From an uncultured bacterium (GTDB taxonomy: Bacteria > Verrucomicrobiota > Verrucomicrobiia > Verrucomicrobiales > DEV007): a stretch of DNA of 64,000 nt. Numbering within the stretch: position 1 is the stretch's first letter; every line of letters begins with the position of its first letter. Under the pieces are notes generated by a model, which worked only from the letters and a program-made list of their open reading frames with translations, did not search any database and was not told the DNA's origin. Both the position numbers and the translations under genes were made by a program. Where the stretch lies: positions 11,731-75,730 of the forward strand of contig CAXBMO010000031.1 of assembly GCA_963977015.1 (NCBI GenBank), in the 5' to 3' direction. Shown one piece after another: positions 48,370 through 57,701 of this stretch.

Positions 48370-48520
48370 GTCTCTGGTCTTGGAATGGAACCAAAGAACG
48401 AACGGACTTAGGCATTCATCTTCAGTCAGTTACAACTGAGTCGCATCCCAAAAACCCCACTGAACATCCTTGAAGTTGACAAATTTGTTGTCAGTAGCAT
48501 TCGCGGCAGGGTTGGCTTTG
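48370..48520. other. Degenerate copy of the tRNA-fragment/att junction at 51470-51620
   Basis: TTGGAATGGAACCAAAGAACGAACGGA...GTTACAACTGA...ACTGAACATCCT...GTTGACAAATTTGTTGTCA is colinear with TTGGATTCGAACCAACGACCTAATGGA...GTTACAACTGA...ACTGAACACCCT...GTTGACAAAATTGTTGTCA. Confidence 0.7.
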
Positions 48521-48756
48521 CTCATTAATCTCCCCACGATCAAATAGCCTCGTTCAGCAGCAAAGGCCAATGGAATTACCAATTCACTGATCAAAAGGCC
48601 AAGTAATCTCTAGATCGGAGAGACTCGTGAAGAAGGAAAGGACAACTCCCCTGCCCCATCGGACAATCGAGGTTTCTGCATCGCTGATGATTGCAAACGA
48701 CAAGCCTGAACGCTGCAATTTGCACACATTTGCCCGCTTTCGGCAAGGAACGCACC

Positions 48757-48772
48757 TGGCACAGAACCTGCA
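48757..48772 (+). promoter_or_regulatory. Possible sigma54 -24/-12 promoter
   Basis: TGGCAC-AGAAC-CTGCA matches TGGCAC-N5-TTGCA with one mismatch. Confidence 0.4.
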
Positions 48773-48943
48773 CTTTAACCAGCCATGAGCACAAACCCCC
48801 AGGAAATCGTCCATCCAATGAACGCGCATTCCGCAGACCGGTTCATGGACTCAATCCAGTTCGACGAAACGCTGGAATCGCTGAACGGCGACCATGCCAT
48901 CGAACGAAATCGCATCTCCAACAAGAACTGAACTGCCACGCTC

Positions 48944-50488
48944 ATGCCCGGTTTTCGCCTCCAATGGCTCGAAAGCGCAAACAACCGAGTCGCTACCTGG
49001 CTGGCGGGGTTTGCGCGGACTTTTCCACGCACCGCCCGATTTGCCGGAATCCTCAGACAACGCCGTCGCCCCGTTATGATTCTGTTCTTCATCATCCTGC
49101 ACATCACCGGCTTCATCATGTCGATCCAGGCCGTGATGCAGTCGCGAAGCGAGCAGGGGGCCAGCGCGTGGGCCATCTCACTCAACACCGTCCCGCTCTT
49201 TGCCGTGCCCGCTTGGATTGTTTTTGGTGACAGCGACTTCGACTACGCAGCGGCGCGAACCGCCGGGCTGGAAAAGGTGCGCCCCATCGCCGAGCGCCTG
49301 ATCGAAAACCTGGAAAAAGCGGAAGCGTCCACGGCCAGCAATCACCCGACGATGGAGATCCTGGAAAAGGTGGCTTCCCTACCCACGATGCGGGGAAATC
49401 ACGCTGATTTGTTGGTCGATGGAAAGAACACCTTCAAATCCATTTTCGATGCAGTCGAACAAGCTCAGAACTATGTATTGGTTCAGTTTTTCTCGATCCG
49501 GGACGACGGTCTGGGACGCGATTTGCGCGATCTGCTGATTCGCAAGTCCCGCGAGGGAGTCCGCGTTTTCGTCCTCACCGATGACGTGGGAAGCTGGGGC
49601 CTACCGGACTCCTACCTGGCCGAACTGCACGACGCCGGGATCAAGGCTGGCCGTTTTATGGACCAGGAAGGCGGCGCGACCCGCTTTCAGCTAAACTACC
49701 GAAACCACCGGAAGATCGTCGTCATCGATGGCAAAATCGCCTTTCTCGGAGGGCACAACCTGGGAGATGAATATCTGGGTAAACATCCCCGCCTCACCCC
49801 TTGGCGCGACAGCCACATGCGCCTAACCGGCCCCATCGTCAAAGCAGTGCAAATTCCCTTCGTGGAGGACTGGCACTGGTCCACCGGCGACCTCCTGGAT
49901 GACCTGGACTGGGACATTGGACCAGATGACTTCACCGGCGAAATGGAGGCGATTTGCCTGCCCTCCGGTCCCGCCGATCCCATCGAAACATGCTCCCTGT
50001 TTTTCCTCACCGCGATCAACAACGCCCGGGAGCGTGTCTGGCTCGCCTCTCCCTACTTTGTGCCGGACGACAAAATCGTAAACGCCCTCCAGCTCGCTGC
50101 GATACGAGGCGTGGACGTTCGGGTGCTCATGCCGTCAATCATTGACAACCAGATGGTCCACTACTCCTCCTTCTCCTACCTGGAGCCAATGGACCAGGCC
50201 GGAGTCAAAACCTACCGCTATTTGGACGGTTTTATGCACCAAAAAGTGGTTCTGATCGACGACGACATTGCCGCGATCGGCTCGGCGAATCTGGATAACC
50301 GCTCATTCCGGCTTAACTTCGAAGTCACTGGAATCGTCCACGACAAAGCCTTCGCTGCGGAGGTGGAAGAGATGCTGCTCGAAGATCTGAAGAAGTGCGA
50401 GCCCGCCACCAAAGAAGATTACCTCGACAAGAATTTCTACTTTCGTCTGAAGGTGAGGCTTGCGCGCCTGCTCTCTCCAATCCAATAG
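48944..50488 (+). CDS. cls: Cardiolipin synthase (start uncertain)
   Basis: Two HKD motifs (NHRKIVVID, HQKVVLID), GSANLDNRSFRLNFE, N-terminal TM hairpin. Confidence 0.88.
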   Translation: MPGFRLQWLESANNRVATWLAGFARTFPRTARFAGILRQRRRPVMILFFIILHITGFIMSIQAVMQSRSEQGASAWAISLNTVPLFAVPAWIVFGDSDFDYAAARTAGLEKVRPIAERLIENLEKAEASTASNHPTMEILEKVASLPTMRGNHADLLVDGKNTFKSIFDAVEQAQNYVLVQFFSIRDDGLGRDLRDLLIRKSREGVRVFVLTDDVGSWGLPDSYLAELHDAGIKAGRFMDQEGGATRFQLNYRNHRKIVVIDGKIAFLGGHNLGDEYLGKHPRLTPWRDSHMRLTGPIVKAVQIPFVEDWHWSTGDLLDDLDWDIGPDDFTGEMEAICLPSGPADPIETCSLFFLTAINNARERVWLASPYFVPDDKIVNALQLAAIRGVDVRVLMPSIIDNQMVHYSSFSYLEPMDQAGVKTYRYLDGFMHQKVVLIDDDIAAIGSANLDNRSFRLNFEVTGIVHDKAFAAEVEEMLLEDLKKCEPATKEDYLDKNFYFRLKVRLARLLSPIQ

Positions 50489-50498
50489 CCTGGTCGCC

Positions 50499-51398
50499 AT
50501 GAAATCCGACTCCAGCCCTTGGCGAAAAATCGTGCTCCGGGCGGTGCTCTTTGTGCTCGGTGGCGTTCTGGGTTGGATCGTGGATCTGGCGGGAAGACAG
50601 GACACGATTTTCAGACCTTCCCGGCTAACAGACGCGGCGGGAAAGATCGGTCCCGAAGTGAACCTGCTGACCTGGAACATCCTGCGCGGCAAGGACGAGC
50701 GCTGGATGGGTGCGCCCTGGAGTTTGCGCCAACCCAGGTTTGCCGAAGCGCTCCGCGACCGCGATTTCGACGTCGTTTGTCTTCAGGAAGCCCTTCCGGA
50801 TCAAATCCGATTTTTCGAGAGCTTGTTCGTCGACTACCAACGCGTCAGCCGGAGTCGGGACGGGGGCGAGGACGACGAGCATTGTCCCATTTTCGTGAAA
50901 AAGAGCAGGTTTGAAGTCGCGGATTCCGGCACCTTTTGGTTCAGCCCGACCCCGGACGTCCCCGGCCTCGGGTGGGGCGAACGAGTCCCGCGAATTTGCA
51001 CTTGGGCCGAGCTTTCCGATCGTCAAACCGGGTTCCGTTTCCGGATTTACAACGTGCATCTTCACCTTCATCCGGTCGGCCAAATCCGGGCCGCCAAGTT
51101 GCTGGCCGAGCGGATCGAAGTCGTCCAAGTGCCCGTCATTGTTGCCGGTGACTTCAACTCCCCGGCGACGTGGCGCCCGGTGCGGATCTTGCGCCGAACC
51201 GGCCTGCGCGAAGCCGACATTTCCGGCGCACTAACCTACATCATGCGGGACAAATCAGTTCGTCGGCTCGACCACATTTTGATCGACAATTCCTGGGATG
51301 TTCTGGACGGTGAAATCGTGAAACTCGCCACCCCCGGCGTCGCGCCTTCCGATCATCTGGGGCTCACAGCGAGGCTGGTGAATGTCGCTGCAGAGTAA
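50499..51398 (+). CDS. Endonuclease/exonuclease/phosphatase family protein
   Basis: LLTWNI, VVCLQEA, SGTFWFS.TP, YNVHL, VAGDFNS, LDHI, PSDH. Confidence 0.85.
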   Translation: MKSDSSPWRKIVLRAVLFVLGGVLGWIVDLAGRQDTIFRPSRLTDAAGKIGPEVNLLTWNILRGKDERWMGAPWSLRQPRFAEALRDRDFDVVCLQEALPDQIRFFESLFVDYQRVSRSRDGGEDDEHCPIFVKKSRFEVADSGTFWFSPTPDVPGLGWGERVPRICTWAELSDRQTGFRFRIYNVHLHLHPVGQIRAAKLLAERIEVVQVPVIVAGDFNSPATWRPVRILRRTGLREADISGALTYIMRDKSVRRLDHILIDNSWDVLDGEIVKLATPGVAPSDHLGLTARLVNVAAE

Positions 51399-51469
51399 TC
51401 GCTGAGTCAGGATGAAAAATGCCAATTCCCGAAGCTCTAGTGTATCCCCGAATATCCCCGTTATGAAAA

Positions 51470-51510
51470 TGGCTCCGGATGTTGGATTCGAACCAACGAC
51501 CTAATGGATT
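51470..51510 (-). other. 3' fragment of a tRNA (Asn-like); att site at the left boundary of the integrated element
   Basis: Minus strand AATCCATTAGGTCGTTGGTTCGAATCCAACATCCGGAGCCA: T-arm, acceptor strand and CCA, no 5' half; about 100 bp from the integrase. Asn identity is inferred from the acceptor end and G discriminator. Confidence 0.72.
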
Positions 51511-51614
51511 TTATATGCTCATTATCAATGAGTTACAACTGAAACATCACCGTAGAACACTACTGAACACCCTCGGTGTTGACAAAATTGTTGTCAATCT
51601 TATTCTTGGTTTGG

Positions 51615-52844
51615 ATGGCTTCAGTTTACAAAAGAAAAGGATCTCCTTATTATCAAGTAGCCTATTTCACTAGCGCGGGCGAGAGGAAATACCGCTCCAC
51701 CGGTCAGAAGACGAAGAATGCCGCCTTGGAAGTGGCAGTTCAATGGGAGAAAGAAGAAAATCGAGCAAGGGCCGAAAAGCGAAGGCTTCAACCTGAGATT
51801 GCTGATGTCATTACGAAAGCAGCTCGGCTTGCCAATGAAGGGCGACTTACAATCGATCGAACAAGAAACTTTCTCCTTCAGCTTTACGAGCTCTCTTCAG
51901 GAGAATCATTTCCCGACTACAGCATTGAGGGATGGTTGGAACACTGGCTAGAAACTCAGCGGCAGCTGGTCAAAACAAAGAGCATCCAAAGGTATCAAAA
52001 TTCGATTAGTGACGTGATTAAAGCTTTGGGAAGCAAGGCCACAAAGAGTATCGAACTCTTAACAACGGAAGATGTTGAAGATGTTCAGACCAATCTGAGC
52101 AAATCCAGAAAATCGGAAGAAGGGACAAAGAAAAAAGCCGCCAAAGCCTCTACCCTGAATTATAAGCTTCAAGACTTCAAGTCTGCAATAACTGCGGCAT
52201 ATGAGCAGGGCCTATTGGACCGCGATGTAGGCAAACCGGTCCGTTACTTGAAGAAAAACGACAGCGAGGTGGTCGGTGCATTCAAGATGACGGAGGTTGA
52301 GCAATTGATCCGACACTCTAAACCAGACTGGAAGGGTGCGATATTAATCGCAGCTCACACGGGTTTGAGACTGACGAACGTCACCAAACTACTATGGCAG
52401 GATGTAGACTTGGAGAAACAAGAATTAAATGTAACGCCTGTAAAGCAGAGAGGAGGCCAACGGAAGGTAGTTTCTATCCCCATGACAACCTCTGTCCTCG
52501 AATTTCTAAAGAATCGGTGGCAGGAAAATGCGAAGGCAAAGTATGTTTTTCCCACCTTGGCCGAACGCACTGCCGCTACTCACAGTACGACATTTAACAA
52601 CCTGATGGAAAAGGCTTCAGTGCCTAAGCGCGTGAAACTCAGTGGGGGGGCAGAAGCAAAACGGAGCTTTCATTCTTTGAGACACACTTTCATTTCATCA
52701 CTCGCGAAGGCCGACGTAACTGAGGAGATCCGGAAGGAACTGGCGGCGCACAAATCAGCGGAAGTTCACAAGCTCTACACTCATCACGACAAATCAGCAC
52801 TTCGGGACGCGATTGGAACGATTCCTGAGATCAGTATCTCGTGA
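51615..52844 (+). CDS. Tyrosine recombinase / integrase
   Basis: Arm-binding N-terminus MASVYKRKGSPYY...RSTG; HTGLR, SFHSLRHTF, LAAH, YTH catalytic motifs. Confidence 0.9.
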   Translation: MASVYKRKGSPYYQVAYFTSAGERKYRSTGQKTKNAALEVAVQWEKEENRARAEKRRLQPEIADVITKAARLANEGRLTIDRTRNFLLQLYELSSGESFPDYSIEGWLEHWLETQRQLVKTKSIQRYQNSISDVIKALGSKATKSIELLTTEDVEDVQTNLSKSRKSEEGTKKKAAKASTLNYKLQDFKSAITAAYEQGLLDRDVGKPVRYLKKNDSEVVGAFKMTEVEQLIRHSKPDWKGAILIAAHTGLRLTNVTKLLWQDVDLEKQELNVTPVKQRGGQRKVVSIPMTTSVLEFLKNRWQENAKAKYVFPTLAERTAATHSTTFNNLMEKASVPKRVKLSGGAEAKRSFHSLRHTFISSLAKADVTEEIRKELAAHKSAEVHKLYTHHDKSALRDAIGTIPEISIS

Positions 52845-52962
52845 ATTACGAATTCTGACGGGGTCCCTCAATTGCCTATTCCCGGAATCATTTGAACCGA
52901 TGGGACGCACGGCTGACAGCCGCTAGTGATTGGCGCCATGATATTCAACAGCAAAAATGGGC

Positions 52963-53019
52963 GAAGACTGTAAATCTGCTGGCTATGCCTTCAGAGGTTC
53001 GAATCCTCTCCTGCACACC
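52963..53019 (+). pseudogene. tRNA-Tyr(GTA) 3' portion / pseudo-tRNA
   Basis: AGA-CTGTAAA-TCTGC anticodon arm, long variable arm, AGAGG-TTCGAAT-CCTCT T-arm, CCTGCACACC; no pairing 5' acceptor strand and CCT in place of CCA. Confidence 0.7.
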
Positions 53020-53400
53020 TTCCTTAAACTGAGCGACTTACGAGATTTTGTGAGTCGCTTTTCTCTTGGGCTCTAAAAGCGGCTGGGCACTGGCTGGGCA
53101 TTTCAACCGGTCCTCCGGCTTGGCACTCGAAAGACTGTAGGGGATTCCGCCTCGGGAGACTCCATAGAATGACCACCGCTTGACAGCATTGTCGATCTGG
53201 GTAGAACGGAGCTGACTACCCCTCTCAAACTGCCCACCCCAGAATCGGCTGACGCGCATAGAGACGCATTTCTCGCCGAAATCGCAGGCCAGCTTCAAGC
53301 CTGCGACACATTTCAGCTCCAATCTGAGCCAAGTTCGGAGATCCCCAACCATCTGGAATGGCTTGCTATCGCACACTCCTGTCACGACGGACAATCTTCC

Positions 53401-54081
53401 ATGCTTTACGCTGTCTCATCGACCGGCGACCTTACGCGTGGATCGCAAGGACTTGCGTATGATTCCACCGAGGAATGGGAAGCCGATCTTTGGACAGGGC
53501 TTTCGGTGGAACTTGGTCGTTGCATCGTCATGTTCGAACAGTCACCGCACCTCTTGCAGGATGCGTCCTATTCGCTTGAGGACGTGCGGGCTTTTGAGGC
53601 GCACGCGGATGCCATGGCTCAGGTTTGGTCGGAACGGACCAAGCCGTTCAAGTTTATCCATCACCTCACCGAATCCCATCCCACCGGATTTCTTTCGGAA
53701 CCGTTCACCGAGATTCAAATCTCCGGACGCACCTATTTCGCAATTCTCGATCACGCCCAAGACGTCAGTGTGGTCGATTCCGGTTCTTACCTCCACCTGA
53801 CCTATTACCCGGGACGCGAGCAGGCACTAAAGGCGGTGCCTAACCTTCGCCAACTCCGCGACCAGTTCGAGGAGCGCGATCTGGGCGATGAGTTCGCCGC
53901 TCACACCATTCCGGAGTCGGCGGATCGTGACCCGTTCCGCTTTTTCATGGAGATTCACCAGCTTCGCGGAAAAGCGCTGCGGATGCTGGCTGAAGCCGGG
54001 GAACAACTCTCCAATTTCGAGCGGGCCCTCGATCTGAACGGCAAAACGATCGTCATTCCGCCTGGTTTCCGTTTCACCTGA
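53401..54081 (+). CDS. Hypothetical protein
   Basis: 226-aa ORF with protein-like composition, first in a + strand run. Confidence 0.55.
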   Translation: MLYAVSSTGDLTRGSQGLAYDSTEEWEADLWTGLSVELGRCIVMFEQSPHLLQDASYSLEDVRAFEAHADAMAQVWSERTKPFKFIHHLTESHPTGFLSEPFTEIQISGRTYFAILDHAQDVSVVDSGSYLHLTYYPGREQALKAVPNLRQLRDQFEERDLGDEFAAHTIPESADRDPFRFFMEIHQLRGKALRMLAEAGEQLSNFERALDLNGKTIVIPPGFRFT

Positions 54082-54110
54082 CCCACGAGGTCGACTTCAG
54101 CGGCATCACG

Positions 54111-54299
54111 GTGAATGGAGAGCCGATCGAGTATCATCCATTCCCGCCCGAGGAATGCTGGGCCGAAGACGAAGCGGGAGGAGGACGGCAACTGCTGGAG
54201 ATGGCCAACTGCGAAGTGGGGGAAACGACGACGATTGTGATCCCGCCAGGTGTCGAAGACGGTTGGATTGCGGTCGATTTCCTATCGTATGACGACTGA
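54111..54299 (+). CDS. Small acidic hypothetical protein
   Basis: 62-aa, strongly acidic ORF filling the gap between co-oriented genes. Confidence 0.35.
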   Translation: MNGEPIEYHPFPPEECWAEDEAGGGRQLLEMANCEVGETTTIVIPPGVEDGWIAVDFLSYDD

Positions 54300-54342
54300 C
54301 CCGCATTCCCAGTTTCGATTCTAGCTCTTAACCCAATTTCCC

Positions 54343-54702
54343 ATGGGACTTGAAGATTCCCGTTCACCGGCACTCGACGAAATCCTGCCCCGGCTCGAAG
54401 CCGAGCATCCTGGCCATCAACTAATCAATGCTGAACTCCTCGAAACCTTCACGCAAGTCGGTCACCAGGAACACGCTGAAGATCCGCAAATCGTCGCCAA
54501 GTTCTTCACACCCTGGAGCAACTGGACTTGGTATGCGACGGAGTTCGATCCCGACTCTCTGAACTTCTTCGGGCTGGTCGACGGGTTCGAGCGCGAATAC
54601 GGCTACTTCTCGCTGGAGGAACTGCTCGAAATCCGCGGCCCAGCCGGTCTTCGCATCGAGCGGGACCTGCATTTCGGCCAACCAAAGATCTCCGAAATCT
54701 GA
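54343..54702 (+). CDS. DUF2958-like protein
   Basis: [51 protein letters not shown]. Confidence 0.82.
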   Translation: MGLEDSRSPALDEILPRLEAEHPGHQLINAELLETFTQVGHQEHAEDPQIVAKFFTPWSNWTWYATEFDPDSLNFFGLVDGFEREYGYFSLEELLEIRGPAGLRIERDLHFGQPKISEI

Positions 54703-54723
54703 GTTCCCTCTAACCAATCATGA

Positions 54724-55575
54724 ATGCCGCGAAACGAGCAACCGGAACTGTGGGATTGGCCCCGCAGAAAGATCCCGAAACCGCACGAGCGCTACGATCC
54801 GCCACCGTCAGCCGAGGAGCTGGCCCAGCTCACCCGGGTTCACATCGCGTTGGTTGGGTGCGGCAAGAAAAAGGCTCTCATTCCCATGCCGGCCAAGGAA
54901 CTCTACACCAGTTCCCAGTTTCAGAGCACTCGACGCTATGTCGAATCCACCTTTGATCACTGGTGGATACTCAGTGCTCGGCACCGGGTTCTCGAGCCCG
55001 AGGAAGAGATCGAGCCCTACGACCAAAAGCTGGATCCCAAGCGGGCCCAGCAGTGGGCCAACAGTGTCACCTATGACTTGGCCGCTCACCGAATTGCCGA
55101 TCCTCGATCTCTTGATCTTCGGCAAAGAACATGGGGAGAGCACATCAGCATCGCGATTCTCGCTTCCAAGCTCTACACCAATGTCGTTGAAGAAGCTTTG
55201 CGAGGAAGGGGCTTCCGGGGAGAAATCAACATCGAGTTTTCAAGGTTGGACCTCTACCAACGCAACGCCTTGATCGGCCGGCTCAACAACCAACCTGGCG
55301 AAGCGAAAACCACCCTACCAAAGCCTCAATTCGGCCTTTCAGACGTCCGCCGCTCCAGTCCCTACCGAGATCCCTTCACCGGCAGGATCGAAAATACCAA
55401 CGACCCCACATGGAGCGTGGGAGCCGTCGAAATCCGATCTAGTTCCTTCGCCTCTGGCCGATCCTATCGGTTGGACGATCACCGAGGCTACCGGAAGACG
55501 TTTTATGATCGCTTGGAAGCCAAGCGGGATGCCGTTCGACAAGCTAACCAACTTGCACGGAAACAATTGGATTGA
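54724..55575 (+). CDS. DUF6884-like protein
   Basis: IALVGCGKKK...PAKELYTS..F...RRY...WWILSARH..LEP...IEPYD..L. Confidence 0.72.
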   Translation: MPRNEQPELWDWPRRKIPKPHERYDPPPSAEELAQLTRVHIALVGCGKKKALIPMPAKELYTSSQFQSTRRYVESTFDHWWILSARHRVLEPEEEIEPYDQKLDPKRAQQWANSVTYDLAAHRIADPRSLDLRQRTWGEHISIAILASKLYTNVVEEALRGRGFRGEINIEFSRLDLYQRNALIGRLNNQPGEAKTTLPKPQFGLSDVRRSSPYRDPFTGRIENTNDPTWSVGAVEIRSSSFASGRSYRLDDHRGYRKTFYDRLEAKRDAVRQANQLARKQLD

Positions 55576-55585
55576 CGACGCAACT

Positions 55586-55906
55586 CTAGCACTCCAGCTT
55601 CATGGCTTCGGGTTGTTTGGTTGAAGCCTCTTTTTCAGTTTTGAGCTTTTCGTTAACCGCGTCGATCAGCCAATTGTTCTTGCCATAGTCCTGGAGACGT
55701 CGATTGCTTGCGAAGAGAAGATCCACTTCCTGTTTCAGGTCCTCCGGAAGCTCCAGTTTCATCGTCCGATAAATCACGCCAGGCAGCTTCTTGCTGCGTT
55801 TGTAGACGGCTCTCCGATTGGCCGGGCCGACACGAACCAACTGTCCTCGCTTGTTCGGTTCCTGTTCTTTGAGCAATTTTCCGATCTCGCCATTGAGTTT
55901 GACCAT
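55586..55906 (-). CDS. Small ParA partner, possible ribbon-helix-helix centromere-binding protein
   Basis: Immediately downstream of parA; basic; TMKLELPEDL...WLIDAVNEKL strand-helix-helix pattern. Confidence 0.5.
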   Translation of the reverse strand: MVKLNGEIGKLLKEQEPNKRGQLVRVGPANRRAVYKRSKKLPGVIYRTMKLELPEDLKQEVDLLFASNRRLQDYGKNNWLIDAVNEKLKTEKEASTKQPEAMKLEC

Positions 55907-55916
55907 GAGTAAAAAG

Positions 55917-56507
55917 TTAGGAAATTCGAGTCAGACCGAGGTAGGCAAACAATTGGTCAAACTGTTCGCAGATATCCTTGACGGTGTAGGCGGCCAATCC
56001 TCCTTTTGCGGCCTTATCGTGGATGGACTGCGGCAAAAAGAGCAACTCCTGGACGTGCCGGCTTTCTCGAATCCAGAACAACGGAAAAGTCCACCGGGTC
56101 CCAATTGCGGCTTCCAACTCTTCGAATTCCGCTCGCTTCATCCGGTTGGCGACGATGATGATGTTTGAATTGATGGCGTGGAGTTGCTGGATGGCGCGCC
56201 TCGCCCGTTTCACTTCTTCAACGCCGTAAACCGTCGGAGTGATGACCCAGTCAGCCTTCGATACCGCGTCCAATACGCAAGGCTCATCAATCCCCGCCTT
56301 GCCATCGAAAACAGCCAGCAGTTCAGCGGGAATATCCGGAATCGCATCATCGTTGCTCAGCTTGATCGTTCGATCCTCCGGCAAGAACTCGTCCACTGAT
56401 CCATCGACGTCATTGGTGATGATCCCCGCCCCGCAGCCATAAGCTAAAGCCATCGAAAGTGTCGATTTTCCCTGTCCCCCCTTGGAGCCGACGATGGCTA
56501 TAAGCAT
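55917..56507 (-). CDS. parA: ParA family ATPase (short, type Ib-like)
   Basis: Deviant Walker A KGGQGKST at the N-terminus, ADWVITPT, IIIVANR. Confidence 0.78.
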   Translation of the reverse strand: MLIAIVGSKGGQGKSTLSMALAYGCGAGIITNDVDGSVDEFLPEDRTIKLSNDDAIPDIPAELLAVFDGKAGIDEPCVLDAVSKADWVITPTVYGVEEVKRARRAIQQLHAINSNIIIVANRMKRAEFEELEAAIGTRWTFPLFWIRESRHVQELLFLPQSIHDKAAKGGLAAYTVKDICEQFDQLFAYLGLTRIS

Positions 56508-56554
56508 GTTCGGTGATGATTGTAGTTATCCGAAAAATTCTGGCAAGGTGATTT

Positions 56555-56712
56555 TTCCACCAGGTGGAGAAGTCATCAGGTTACCTCGTCACCTCACCAC
56601 CATTTTACCTCGTCACGAGATAACCAGGTTACGTGATGACGACACCACCAAGTGATCTTTCCACGGGGTTACCTTGTCATGCGGTGACTTTCCCATCAGG
56701 TGACCACCTGAC
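56555..56712. repeat. Cluster of short degenerate repeats upstream of parA (parS/centromere-like)
   Basis: TTACCTCGTCA x2, TTACCTTGTCA, and several CAGGT/ACCTG and CACC motifs in both orientations. Confidence 0.5.
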
Positions 56713-57295
56713 TCGATTGACCTTTAACAAGGGCTCAGTATGCTGGGAACACATCGTATCCGAAGAACGTGGCTCTGCTGAGGAGCATCCACTCGCGCGG
56801 ACCGATGCGGATCAACCGAAAAGAGGCGGAGCGATGGAGGTTCAGAGGTGGACAACCGGCTCCGCCGCTTTCTTCCCCGTTCGCATTACTTTTCGGGTAT
56901 CCCAAAATGCGCCAAACCTCGGGGTGAATCGTTGCGTCACCGCAACGAGAGGGGCAGAGCCCCTGGCCGCGAATTTGTCGAGTTACAGGATGGGTCCAAC
57001 CCGGGAAGGAACTTACCCAACCGGCCTGCGATGCGTGGCCCGCAAGTTTGGTTTGGGGTTCCATCCGACGGTAGGCGCCGACTTTCTTGACCGGGACGAA
57101 GGTTTGCGCACAATGAACATAGCTCATCCTAACCAAACCGAAACTTGCGAAGGTTGCACCTTTCGAAACCGCTTTCCCAAGCTCGCGTGGATCACTAACA
57201 CAGATCGCTAGATTCACGGAAATTTCCACCTCACCTCGTAGTCTGAATTCAGGCTGCCGGCATCGCCTCATAATCCACCTAACCCATCCTTATCC

Positions 57296-57701
57296 ATGCC
57301 GTTTGTCTCCCGCGCGGCGCGGCTCGCCTACGATTTTCGTCGAAGGATTCTGCAGAAGCACGCCAAGCTGACGATCCCGCTTGAAGAGTATCTCGATCTG
57401 CTCGAGCGAGCCAACGCCGACGGACGTTCCGTCGCCAAGACCGTTTCCAAGCTGGCCCAGGCGCAGCTCGGAACTTCCGCTTACGTCCCTGGCGAAGTGC
57501 TCAACTCCGTGCGCGACCTGTCCCGGCAACTCCGCGCCATCGGCACGCACACCAATCAGATCGCCAAGGCTTGCAACCTGCACGCCAAACGGCATAGTTC
57601 GCCGGAGGCATTCGCAATGCCTGACCTTTCTCCAGAAACTACACCGGCAACTGGCCACGATCGAGCAGACCGCACGGAAGAGGATTCTTCCGCCTTCATG
57701 A
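57296..57701 (+). CDS. mobC: MobC-like relaxosome accessory protein (apparently frameshifted, reads through into the relaxase)
   Basis: L..QLRAIGTHTNQIAK.CN is the MobC L..IG.N.NQIA..N motif; an alternative-frame helical tail stops at TGA 57699-57701, overlapping the relaxase ATG. Confidence 0.65.

Noticed and set aside
51470-51510. Functional tRNA gene
   Set aside because: Only the 3' half is present; there is no D-arm or anticodon.
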